Assembly: GCA_051439425.1 (NCBI GenBank)
Contig: JBFRWD010000078.1
Coordinates: 1 to 64,000 of the forward strand
Direction of reading: 5' to 3'
DNA length: 64,000 nucleotides
Source: Synechococcus sp.
Lineage (GTDB): Bacteria > Cyanobacteriota > Cyanobacteriia > Thermostichales > PCC-7336
Below the pieces are notes generated by a model. The model did not search any database and had not been told where the DNA came from. It worked only from the letters and a program-made list of their open reading frames with translations. The first letter of the stretch is position 1; each line of letters begins with the position of its first letter. Below, one piece after another: positions 51,644-59,246 of this stretch. The translations under genes were made by a program, and so were the position numbers.

Positions 51644-53005
51644 TTGTCCAAGCAGCCTATCAAGAAGCTTTTAATTGCCAATCGTGGCGAAATTGCCCTT
51701 CGGATTATTCGTAGCTGTGCCGAACTAGGAATTTCCACCGTAGCTGTTTACTCCACTGCCGATCGCGATTCGTTGCACGTCCAACTTGCGAATGAAGCGA
51801 TCTGTGTGGGCGATCCCCCCAGCAACCGTAGCTATCTCAACGTTCCCAACATTATTTCTGCTGCGCTGACCACGGGGGCCGATGCTATTCACCCTGGCTA
51901 TGGCTTTTTGGCAGAAAATGCCAAGTTTGCCGAAATGTGCGCCGATCATAATTTGGTCTTTGTGGGACCAAGCCCCGATTCCATTCGCAAGATGGGGGAT
52001 AAGGCAACGGCGCGAGCAACGATGCAGGCAGCTAAGGTGCCGACGGTGCCGGGTAGCGAAGGATTGATTGAGACCGACGACGAGGCGATCGCCATTGCCG
52101 AGCAAATCGGTTATCCCGTCATGATTAAGGCGACAGCAGGCGGCGGTGGTCGCGGCATGCGCTTGGCTCGCCAACCGGAAGACTTGCTGGAGATGATGCG
52201 CACAGCCCAAGGGGAGGCAGAGGCTGCCTTTGGAGATGGTGGCATCTACATTGAGAAATTTGTCGAGAATCCACGCCACATCGAGTTTCAGATTTTGGCC
52301 GATAGCTATGGCAATGTGGTGCACTTGCACGAGCGGGATTGTTCAATTCAACGCCGCCACCAGAAACTACTTGAAGAAGCTCCCAGTCCGGCCTTGACTT
52401 CCAAGCTGCGCAAGGCCATGGGCGATGCAGCCGTTCGGGTGGCCAAGACGATTGGATATATCGGCGCTGGTACGGTCGAATTTTTGGTTGATGGCTCCGG
52501 AAATTTCTATTTCATGGAGATGAACACCCGGATTCAGGTGGAGCATCCTGTGACGGAGGCCATCACGGGGATCGACCTGATTGCCTCTCAATTACTGATT
52601 GCCCAGGGCGATCCGCTCGGCAAAGAACAAAAAGATATTCCCCTGTTGGGTCACGCGATTGAATGCCGGATTAATGCCGAAGACCCCGATAAAGATTTCC
52701 GTCCCAACCCTGGCAAGATCAACGCCTACCTGCCCCCCGGTGGCCCTGGCGTTCGTATGGATTCCCACATCTACACGGATTACTCCATTCCCCCCTATTA
52801 CGATTCGCTGATTGGCAAGCTAATAGTCTGGGGGCCCGATCGCGAGTCAGCCATCTTAAGGATGAAGCGCGCTCTGGGGGAGTTTGCCATCACTGGTGTA
52901 TCCACCACAATTGGATTCCATCAGCGTATTCTGGAGAACCCAGCGTTTTTGGCGGCAGAGGTTTACACCAACTTCATTCAGGAACACATGCTGCCTCAGT
53001 CTTGA
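51644..53005 (+). CDS. accC: Acetyl-CoA carboxylase, biotin carboxylase subunit
   Basis: LIANRGEIA, HPGYGFLAEN, GGGGRGM, EMNTRIQVEHPVTE, YYDSLIGKLIV. Confidence 0.97.
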   Translation: MSKQPIKKLLIANRGEIALRIIRSCAELGISTVAVYSTADRDSLHVQLANEAICVGDPPSNRSYLNVPNIISAALTTGADAIHPGYGFLAENAKFAEMCADHNLVFVGPSPDSIRKMGDKATARATMQAAKVPTVPGSEGLIETDDEAIAIAEQIGYPVMIKATAGGGGRGMRLARQPEDLLEMMRTAQGEAEAAFGDGGIYIEKFVENPRHIEFQILADSYGNVVHLHERDCSIQRRHQKLLEEAPSPALTSKLRKAMGDAAVRVAKTIGYIGAGTVEFLVDGSGNFYFMEMNTRIQVEHPVTEAITGIDLIASQLLIAQGDPLGKEQKDIPLLGHAIECRINAEDPDKDFRPNPGKINAYLPPGGPGVRMDSHIYTDYSIPPYYDSLIGKLIVWGPDRESAILRMKRALGEFAITGVSTTIGFHQRILENPAFLAAEVYTNFIQEHMLPQS

Positions 53006-53062
53006 GAAGCGCTGCGATCTCCAAATAAAAATGTTTGGCCCTAGTTTCTGCAGAAAATTGCC

Positions 53063-53746
53063 TCAGGATGAAGATGCTGCCACCTCTGCAGCGACTTCCA
53101 GATGGCCAGTTTTGACATAGATTGTGCAGCCTTGGGTGCTGAATGGAGTATGGACGCTTCCGGGCGGGTTGCGTAGCCAAGTACCTTGGGGATAAACCCC
53201 TTGCTCGTCTTCAAAGACGCCATCAATCACGTAGATTTCTTCCCCCCCCCAATGCTTATGGGGTTGAAATACCGTACCCGGAGCCCACTTAACGAGGGCC
53301 ACTTGTTCGGTGTGAAAGCTGTGCAGTGGCAATACTTGCAATCCTGGGACGAGGCCGGGAGACCAGACCGCGTCAGCAGTGTCGATGGTCACCTGCTGAA
53401 TATCTTGGGCATCCATTTGCCAGAGCTTAACCAAGATCGTGCAACCATTCTTGCTAAAGGGAGTATGGCTGGAGCCCACAGGGTTGCGGAGATAAGTACC
53501 GGGGCCGTAGTCGCCAGACTCGTCAGAGAAAATACCATCTAGGACAAGAATTTCCTCGCCGCCACCATGGGTGTGGGCAGAAAAGTAGCTGCCGGGAGCG
53601 TACCTTACGATTGAGGTGGCGCGGGCAACTTCGTCCCCATCTCGATCTAGCATGCGGCGTTGAACACCTGGTAACGGAGAGTCAATCCAGGGCTGGTTCG
53701 CGGTCTGGATGACGGCGCGTTCAGTTAAGTCAGCATTGATTTTCAT
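53063..53746 (-). CDS. ChrR-like tandem cupin protein
   Basis: MKINADL...RRMLDRDGDEVARATSIVRY, two H-x-H-x-GGEE cupin repeats, YVKTGHL. Confidence 0.9.
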   Translation of the reverse strand: MKINADLTERAVIQTANQPWIDSPLPGVQRRMLDRDGDEVARATSIVRYAPGSYFSAHTHGGGEEILVLDGIFSDESGDYGPGTYLRNPVGSSHTPFSKNGCTILVKLWQMDAQDIQQVTIDTADAVWSPGLVPGLQVLPLHSFHTEQVALVKWAPGTVFQPHKHWGGEEIYVIDGVFEDEQGVYPQGTWLRNPPGSVHTPFSTQGCTIYVKTGHLEVAAEVAASSS

Positions 53747-53925
53747 GGTTATCCAAAGAACCGACTATGCAAAGTGCAAGCATCAACTCAAGAAATGGTG
53801 TGCTCATAAGGATGGAAATCAGAATACTTACCCTTAGAATTGCTGGTCGTCTCTGATTTCCTTTCTGGTTGAGATTGATTACCCGAATCGATCCTGAATT
53901 GATACTGTTTTGATTTGTAGAGCGA

Positions 53926-54303
53926 TTAGCCCATATGGAAGAAGTTGAGCTTGTTTCCGTCGGGATCGCGGAAATAGCCCGCATAGAAACTCAGCGACAT
54001 GTTGGTGCGTGGGCCGGGTGCTCCTTCATCAGTAGCACCGAGTTCCAAGGCCTTTGCATGCAAGCGATCGACCTCTTCAGGACTGTTGGCCCCCAAGGAC
54101 ACCATGGAACCATTGCCGACAGTGGCTGATTGGCCATTATATGGCTGAGCAATGCCAAATAACGGGGTACCCTTAGCACCCGTGTAAAGGGTGATGCGAT
54201 CGATCTCTAAAACACGTTTCCCGCCTATTTCAGCCAATAAGGCGTCATAAAATGCGGTCGACTTTTCGGGATTGTTGGTGCCAAGCAAGGTATAAGCAAT
54301 CAC
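53926..54303 (-). CDS. VOC (glyoxalase/bleomycin resistance) family protein
   Basis: YTLLGTN...FYDAL, GNGSMV, FYAGYFRDPDGNKL. Confidence 0.92.
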   Translation of the reverse strand: MIAYTLLGTNNPEKSTAFYDALLAEIGGKRVLEIDRITLYTGAKGTPLFGIAQPYNGQSATVGNGSMVSLGANSPEEVDRLHAKALELGATDEGAPGPRTNMSLSFYAGYFRDPDGNKLNFFHMG

Positions 54304-54547
54304 GATCGGTGTCCTATGTTCGGAGTATTTGACAGATGGGCTTCGAGAAATGACTGAAACATACCCGGCTAGACGATTGCGAGAACTCGCACCGAAGAGT
54401 AAGTCAACAGTCGACTATTTGAAGCATTGATATCAAGCCTTTCGCTAGTTGCCCGAACCGAGGACGACAGCCCCTGATGCTAGGGGAAGAGACGCTTCGG
54501 AGTCGCAATGCGAACAAGAAGTCAAACTAGCGAACGCTTACAATAAG

Positions 54548-54567
54548 ACTACCACCTAGTAGGTAGA
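54548..54567. promoter_or_regulatory. TetR operator, copy 3 (upstream of the VOC gene)
   Basis: ACTACCACCTAGTAGGTAGA, 17/20 match to the palindrome TCTACCTACTAGTAGGTAGA. Confidence 0.75.
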
Positions 54568-54794
54568 TTTCCGAAGAAGTTCCTGCAATGACGTTGCCAT
54601 TTATGACAAATGCCTACTGAGTGAGGGAGCAAGCGCGGCAACCAGGAGCATTCGGACAACCTTGCCACCGTGCTCTAATTGGAGTTAGGGGGTTGTTGCA
54701 AACGCTTGCCGTGGCGGCCCCCCGAGATCGATAATGCCTAATCGATATGTGGACGACCCCGTTAGCTCAGATCGACATGCATCGGTGATTGACT

Positions 54795-55577
54795 TTAGTT
54801 GTATTGATTGCGGCCAGCCATGACCCCACCATCCACATCCCAGACGGCACCTGTGACCCAAGATGCGCGATCGGAGAGCAGAAATGCGATCGCCTCTGCT
54901 ACATCCTCAGATGTCCCTACGCGGCCAATTGGATGAAAGCCATTGAACCCTTCCAAAGCTGCATGGACTTGCTCTTTGGGAATAAAGCCTTCATAAATGG
55001 GGGTTTTGACCACTGCCGGAGAGACTGCATTGACTCGAATATTGTGTTCAGCCAGCTCCATTGCCAGATGCTGAGTAAATGAGTGTAAACCTGCTTTGGC
55101 CATCGAATAGGCAGATGATGGTGTAGCTTGAACAGCCTGCTTTGCCCACATGGAACCAACGTTAACGATCGCACCGTTATGACCTCGGCTGGCAATCGTG
55201 TTGGCGATCGACTGAGTAACAAAGAAGGTTGCTTTATTGAGGTCTAGATACAGATCGTAGTCGGCTTCGGTGTGCTCTAAGAATGACTTGGGCAGGAAGA
55301 TGCCAGCCGCATTCACCAACAAATTGATGTCGGGGTGCTCTCGATTGAGGCGCTCCAGGAGAGCATTTCGCCGATCACGATCGGTGATATCGGCCTGCTC
55401 TGCAAAGACTTTTCCCAAGCCACTCAGCTCGGAAAGTGCTGATTGCAGCTTACCTGGGTTGCGACCAACCAAGACTGCAGAACCGCCACGCTCCATAACA
55501 AGACGAGCGGTAGCTTTACCAATCCCGCTAGTGCCACCTATGACAAGAACTTTGTGGTTGGCAAAATCGTTAACCAT
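54795..55577 (-). CDS. Short-chain dehydrogenase/reductase
   Basis: GGTSGIG, LVNAAG, YSMAK catalytic motif, [21 protein letters not shown]. Confidence 0.95.
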   Translation of the reverse strand: MVNDFANHKVLVIGGTSGIGKATARLVMERGGSAVLVGRNPGKLQSALSELSGLGKVFAEQADITDRDRRNALLERLNREHPDINLLVNAAGIFLPKSFLEHTEADYDLYLDLNKATFFVTQSIANTIASRGHNGAIVNVGSMWAKQAVQATPSSAYSMAKAGLHSFTQHLAMELAEHNIRVNAVSPAVVKTPIYEGFIPKEQVHAALEGFNGFHPIGRVGTSEDVAEAIAFLLSDRASWVTGAVWDVDGGVMAGRNQYN

Positions 55578-55610
55578 GATGAATCTCCTTGGGATAAGGG
55601 TAGTGAAGTT

Positions 55611-55630
55611 TTTACCTACTAGAAGGTAGA
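55611..55630. promoter_or_regulatory. TetR operator, copy 2 (upstream of the SDR gene)
   Basis: TTTACCTACTAGAAGGTAGA, 18/20 match to the palindrome. Confidence 0.8.
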
Positions 55631-55646
55631 TAAAGAAACAAAAAAA

Positions 55647-56222
55647 TTAGGGGGGAGAGAACTTGCTACGCAAAACTGGGTAGATCGCCTGCTCGAATGC
55701 AGCACAGCTGTCGGCCGCTGGACGCGCTAGTAGCTGTGCCCCTTGCAGCATGGCAATGATCCCTGTGGCCTCTTGCTCCGCAGAAGGTTCGCAGTGCCAT
55801 ATGCCGGCATCGCTACCCGATTGAAGAAGTGATGTCAGCCACGCTTCAGTTTGTTGGAAAAACACCTGCACTTCGTCGTGGATGGATTGAGGGAGTACAG
55901 CAAAATCAGCCGCCAACATGGCACACAGGCAGATTTGATCTTGCTTGAGGCCGTCTCGGTAGAGGTTGGCAAATTGCATTAGCTGCCGCTCAGGAGCATC
56001 CCCTGATTGGGCAATGCGATCGCAGGCACGCACCATTGCGTCTCGGTATTGCTCTACCAAGGCCTTCACAAGATCTTCCTTGGAGGGGAAGTGGTAGTGA
56101 ATGCTAGCTTTGCGAATTCCAACCTGCTCGGAAATATCTGCGTAGCTGAAGGCGCTATACCCTCGGTTACGCACCATGCTTCGAGCAACATCCAAAATCT
56201 CTTGAGCGGTGTTTTTCTTCAT
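55647..56222 (-). CDS. TetR/AcrR family transcriptional regulator
   Basis: RGYSAFSYADISEQVGIRKASIHYHFPSKEDL HTH and an ICLCAML motif. ATG at 56222. Confidence 0.95.
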   Translation of the reverse strand: MKKNTAQEILDVARSMVRNRGYSAFSYADISEQVGIRKASIHYHFPSKEDLVKALVEQYRDAMVRACDRIAQSGDAPERQLMQFANLYRDGLKQDQICLCAMLAADFAVLPQSIHDEVQVFFQQTEAWLTSLLQSGSDAGIWHCEPSAEQEATGIIAMLQGAQLLARPAADSCAAFEQAIYPVLRSKFSPP

Positions 56223-56228
56223 GGCGGC

Positions 56229-56258
56229 ATTATCTACCATCTGGTAGGTAGATGTCAA
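56229..56258 (-). promoter_or_regulatory. tetR promoter containing operator copy 1
   Basis: Minus strand TTGACA-N18-GATAAT. The operator TCTACCATCTGGTAGGTAGA (56233-56252) fills the spacer. Confidence 0.8.
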
Positions 56259-56463
56259 CATCCTGACTGCCACACTTCAAGTAAAGAGGAGGGGGTGGAA
56301 CTATGAGCAACCTCCAAGCCTATGCTTGATTAAAACATTGAGTTTAGTTTGACGAGGACATTGTGAATACGTGCTGAGTTAAGTCACCGTTGGGGCAATA
56401 CAGGTGTCTCGGGCTGCGATCATGAGTATTCTGCGGTGATTGAAGTCAACATCTGTGTTGCCG

Positions 56464-57087
56464 ATGATTGCATTTTTGATGGGAGAACTCGCTGATATTC
56501 GAGCGGGCGATCGCAGTTCCGTAACCCTGAACGTTGGGGGGGTAGGGTATCGCGCTATCGTGCCTCAACGCTTGGCTAGAGAAGTCGGGACAATCGGTGA
56601 CTCCATTCAGCTCTTTACCCATCTGGTGGTGCGCGACACGGAGATGGTTCTATATGGCTTTGGTAGCGCCGCCGAACGGGAGCTATTTGTCGAACTGATT
56701 AAAGTGTCGGGGGTTGGTCCTTCACTAGCGATTGCCCTGCTCGGCACCCTCACCTTGCCCGAACTAATACAGGCAGTTGTGACTGAAAATGTTCGTATCC
56801 TCAGTCTGACTCCTGGTGTGGGCAAAAAAACAGCCCAACGACTGGTACTGGAGCTTAAATCTCGGTTGGCTGAATGGCGAACCACCGGCGATGATGTACC
56901 GGCGACAGGTGGGCCACCCTCATCAATCTATAGCGAAGTGGAGATCGCCCTGTTGGCGTTGGGGTATAGCTCTGCCGAAACGGTACGGGCCTTGCAGGCT
57001 ATTGGTCAGGTAGAGGGCGATCTCCTGGGACAATCAGTGGAGGACTGGTTGCGGAGTGCAATTGCCTACCTCAGCCAGCAAGAATAG
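56464..57087 (+). CDS. ruvA: Holliday junction branch migration protein RuvA
   Basis: MIAFLMG, LYGF, VSGVGP, PGVGKKTAQRLVLELK, ALLALGY. Confidence 0.96.
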   Translation: MIAFLMGELADIRAGDRSSVTLNVGGVGYRAIVPQRLAREVGTIGDSIQLFTHLVVRDTEMVLYGFGSAAERELFVELIKVSGVGPSLAIALLGTLTLPELIQAVVTENVRILSLTPGVGKKTAQRLVLELKSRLAEWRTTGDDVPATGGPPSSIYSEVEIALLALGYSSAETVRALQAIGQVEGDLLGQSVEDWLRSAIAYLSQQE

Positions 57088-57199
57088 CGGGTTGCTCATT
57101 GTCCAGGTTGATTTTATCGATGCGATTTGGTGGAAAAGCCCCGCAACCAGCCTGAACGAAACGCTCAGTGCGTCCGCTGCCCCGACAACACAGTATTTC

Positions 57200-57832
57200 A
57201 TGGTCGATTTGTCTGCACTACCCGAGTCTTGCCACTGTGTAGGAATATTCGGAGGCACATTCAACCCCATCCATTGCGGTCATATGGCCGTTGCCCAGTG
57301 CGCCCTTCAGCAATGCGAGCTGGACGCAGTGCTATGGATTCCTGCCGGACTGCCTCCTCACAAACCTTTGGCCTCTGGGGCTAGCAATCGCCAACGGCTA
57401 GAGATGGTTCGATTAGCGATCGCCGAGTATCCGCAGTTCTACTGGTCAGATGTGGAATTACGGCGACCGGGACGATCGTTTGCGATCGATACCATCGAGC
57501 AATGCCAATCGGATTATCCGTGGGTTCAGCAATGGAGCTGGATTATTGGCGCAGACGCGATCGCCGACCTACCTACCTGGCATCGCGCTACCGAGGTGGC
57601 TGGCTGTTGTGAATGGATTGTTGCTCCTCGCCCCGATACCGCGACAGATCGCCTGCTGGAAAGGTTGGAGAAGCAACTCCCCGACTTGAAAGCCAAGTGG
57701 ATCTCCGGAGTCGAATTGGCGGTCTCGTCCTCGGATATTCGCCAGCGATTGAGGAACGGACAGGCGATCGCCGATTTGGTCCCCACAACAGTCAACACCT
57801 ACCTGAAACAAAGACATCTTTATACTGAGTAA
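57200..57832 (+). CDS. nadD: Nicotinate-nucleotide adenylyltransferase
   Basis: GIFGGTFNPIHCGH, PPHK, WIIGADA, VSSSDIRQR. ATG at 57200 avoids an overlap with ruvA. Confidence 0.94.
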   Translation: MVDLSALPESCHCVGIFGGTFNPIHCGHMAVAQCALQQCELDAVLWIPAGLPPHKPLASGASNRQRLEMVRLAIAEYPQFYWSDVELRRPGRSFAIDTIEQCQSDYPWVQQWSWIIGADAIADLPTWHRATEVAGCCEWIVAPRPDTATDRLLERLEKQLPDLKAKWISGVELAVSSSDIRQRLRNGQAIADLVPTTVNTYLKQRHLYTE

Positions 57833-58175
57833 AGACCCTATGAAGATAAATATAAATTTTCTGTGTATCTGATGTTATATCTTGTGTGAATTTTAGGTAA
57901 AGTATGAATAATGAACAAAGACCCTTTGGGCAAGAGCGGAGTTTAGTGACATGGAAAAGTTATTTTGGTGTGTAATTTCAGGTGTTATCGTCCTGTCATG
58001 GCAGGTTCACACTCGCAACCTGAGCCTTGGCGTTCATGCAGAGCCAGTCGGCCCAACGACCACCAATGTTACAAGTCAGTAAATCCTTAATCCAACGGGC
58101 GCATCTTTTGGCAACTTGAGAAAAATAATCTGACCATCCAATTCGAGCTTTTCTCGGACTAGTAACGTCCGGCCG

Positions 58176-58217
58176 GTAACTATCGCTACAATTCAGTCCA
58201 AACCGGGATGTTAGACC
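58176..58217 (+). promoter_or_regulatory. NtcA-activated (class II) promoter of the P-II paralogue
   Basis: Perfect GTA-N8-TAC (GTAACTATCGCTAC, 58176-58189), then 22 nt, then the -10-like TAGACC (58212-58217) preceded by TGn. Confidence 0.7.
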
Positions 58218-58250
58218 AAAAACACCCATTCCACGATGGAGTCGTATCCA

Positions 58251-58586
58251 TTGAAAAAGATATCGGCAATGATTCGCCCATTTAAGTTAGAGGCAATCAA
58301 AACAGCGCTAGTGGATACGGGAGTGGCCGGGATGACCATTAGCGAAGGGAGAGGATTTGGTCGCCAGCGAGGCCAACTAGCGACAGTCAGCTCCCAACCC
58401 TACGGCGATTTTCTGCAGAAACTGCGGGTGGAGATCGTGGTGGACGATCGCTTGGTCGATAAAGTTGTGGAGACATTAGTGACTACTGCCCGGACCGGCG
58501 ATATCGGTGATGGCAAATTATTCATCACACCAGTTGAAACAGCAATTCGTATTCGTACGGGAGAACGCGGCCCTGACGTTTTGTAA
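58251..58586 (+). CDS. P-II family signal transduction protein with an atypical T-loop
   Basis: KKISAMIRPFKL, RGFGRQ, FLQKL, ARTGDIGDGKLF, IRIRTGE. TTG at 58251 with a GGAG RBS gives 111 aa. Confidence 0.93.
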   Translation: MKKISAMIRPFKLEAIKTALVDTGVAGMTISEGRGFGRQRGQLATVSSQPYGDFLQKLRVEIVVDDRLVDKVVETLVTTARTGDIGDGKLFITPVETAIRIRTGERGPDVL

Positions 58587-58832
58587 GAGCTTGGGTGGCG
58601 GATCGTAGCCAACGTCAGTTCGACGGAGCTACTTGAGCGGGATATTGGGTCCAAAGCACAAGGAAACGATTAGAGACTTATCAAACTCAGGTTAGTCAGT
58701 ACGGACTTAAGGCTCGTCAATTGGGGCTGAGCTGTTTTGGAGCTTTGATGGAGCGAGAAAACTCTCTACAGCAAATTGTTGACACAATCTTAATTGCGAG
58801 ATGACATCCTCAAACGTCAGCCCAACAAACCA

Positions 58833-59093
58833 TTAGGGAAAATGGTGACGCTGCTCTACCAGAGATTTCAGATATCGATTTTCAGCGGTCAATCGCTCGC
58901 ACTCTTCTAACAGAATCTCCATCTCCGTGCAGGTCTTATACAGTTCCTGGCGCAGACGTTGCGTTTCTTGGCGCCCGCGACCAGCTCGGGGGCTGAGTAA
59001 TGATGCCATCCGCGATTGATTGAGCGCTCGCTGCATCTCTAAGAAATCTTGGGTTTCAAGCTGGAATGTCGCCAATGGTTTGTCCTCATGCAC
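58833..59093 (-). CDS. Small coiled-coil hypothetical protein
   Basis: 86-aa ORF with heptads (LRQELYKTCTEMEILLEECERLTAENRYLKSLV), filling an otherwise empty gap. Confidence 0.6.
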   Translation of the reverse strand: MHEDKPLATFQLETQDFLEMQRALNQSRMASLLSPRAGRGRQETQRLRQELYKTCTEMEILLEECERLTAENRYLKSLVEQRHHFP

Positions 59094-59246
59094 TTGGGTG
59101 TATTCATCTCATGCATCGAGTATTGACGAGGAGTGTAAAATTTTTGGTGATCGCGATCGCAAAGGACATGTGATGCCGATCGCACTACTGTTTAGGACAT
59201 GTCCTCCGTGTTGCGTGTATCGGTGTCTCAGGCTTATTGAAAACCG

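Noticed and set aside
57865..57878. Second NtcA box GTA-N8-TAT upstream of the P-II gene
   Set aside because: The half-site is imperfect, the DNA is AT-rich, and the nearest TAN3T is 19 nt away rather than 22-23.
51644..58586. Functional link of the P-II paralogue to nearby accC or nadD
   Set aside because: Known P-II targets are BCCP (AccB) and NadE, not AccC or NadD, and proximity alone is not evidence.
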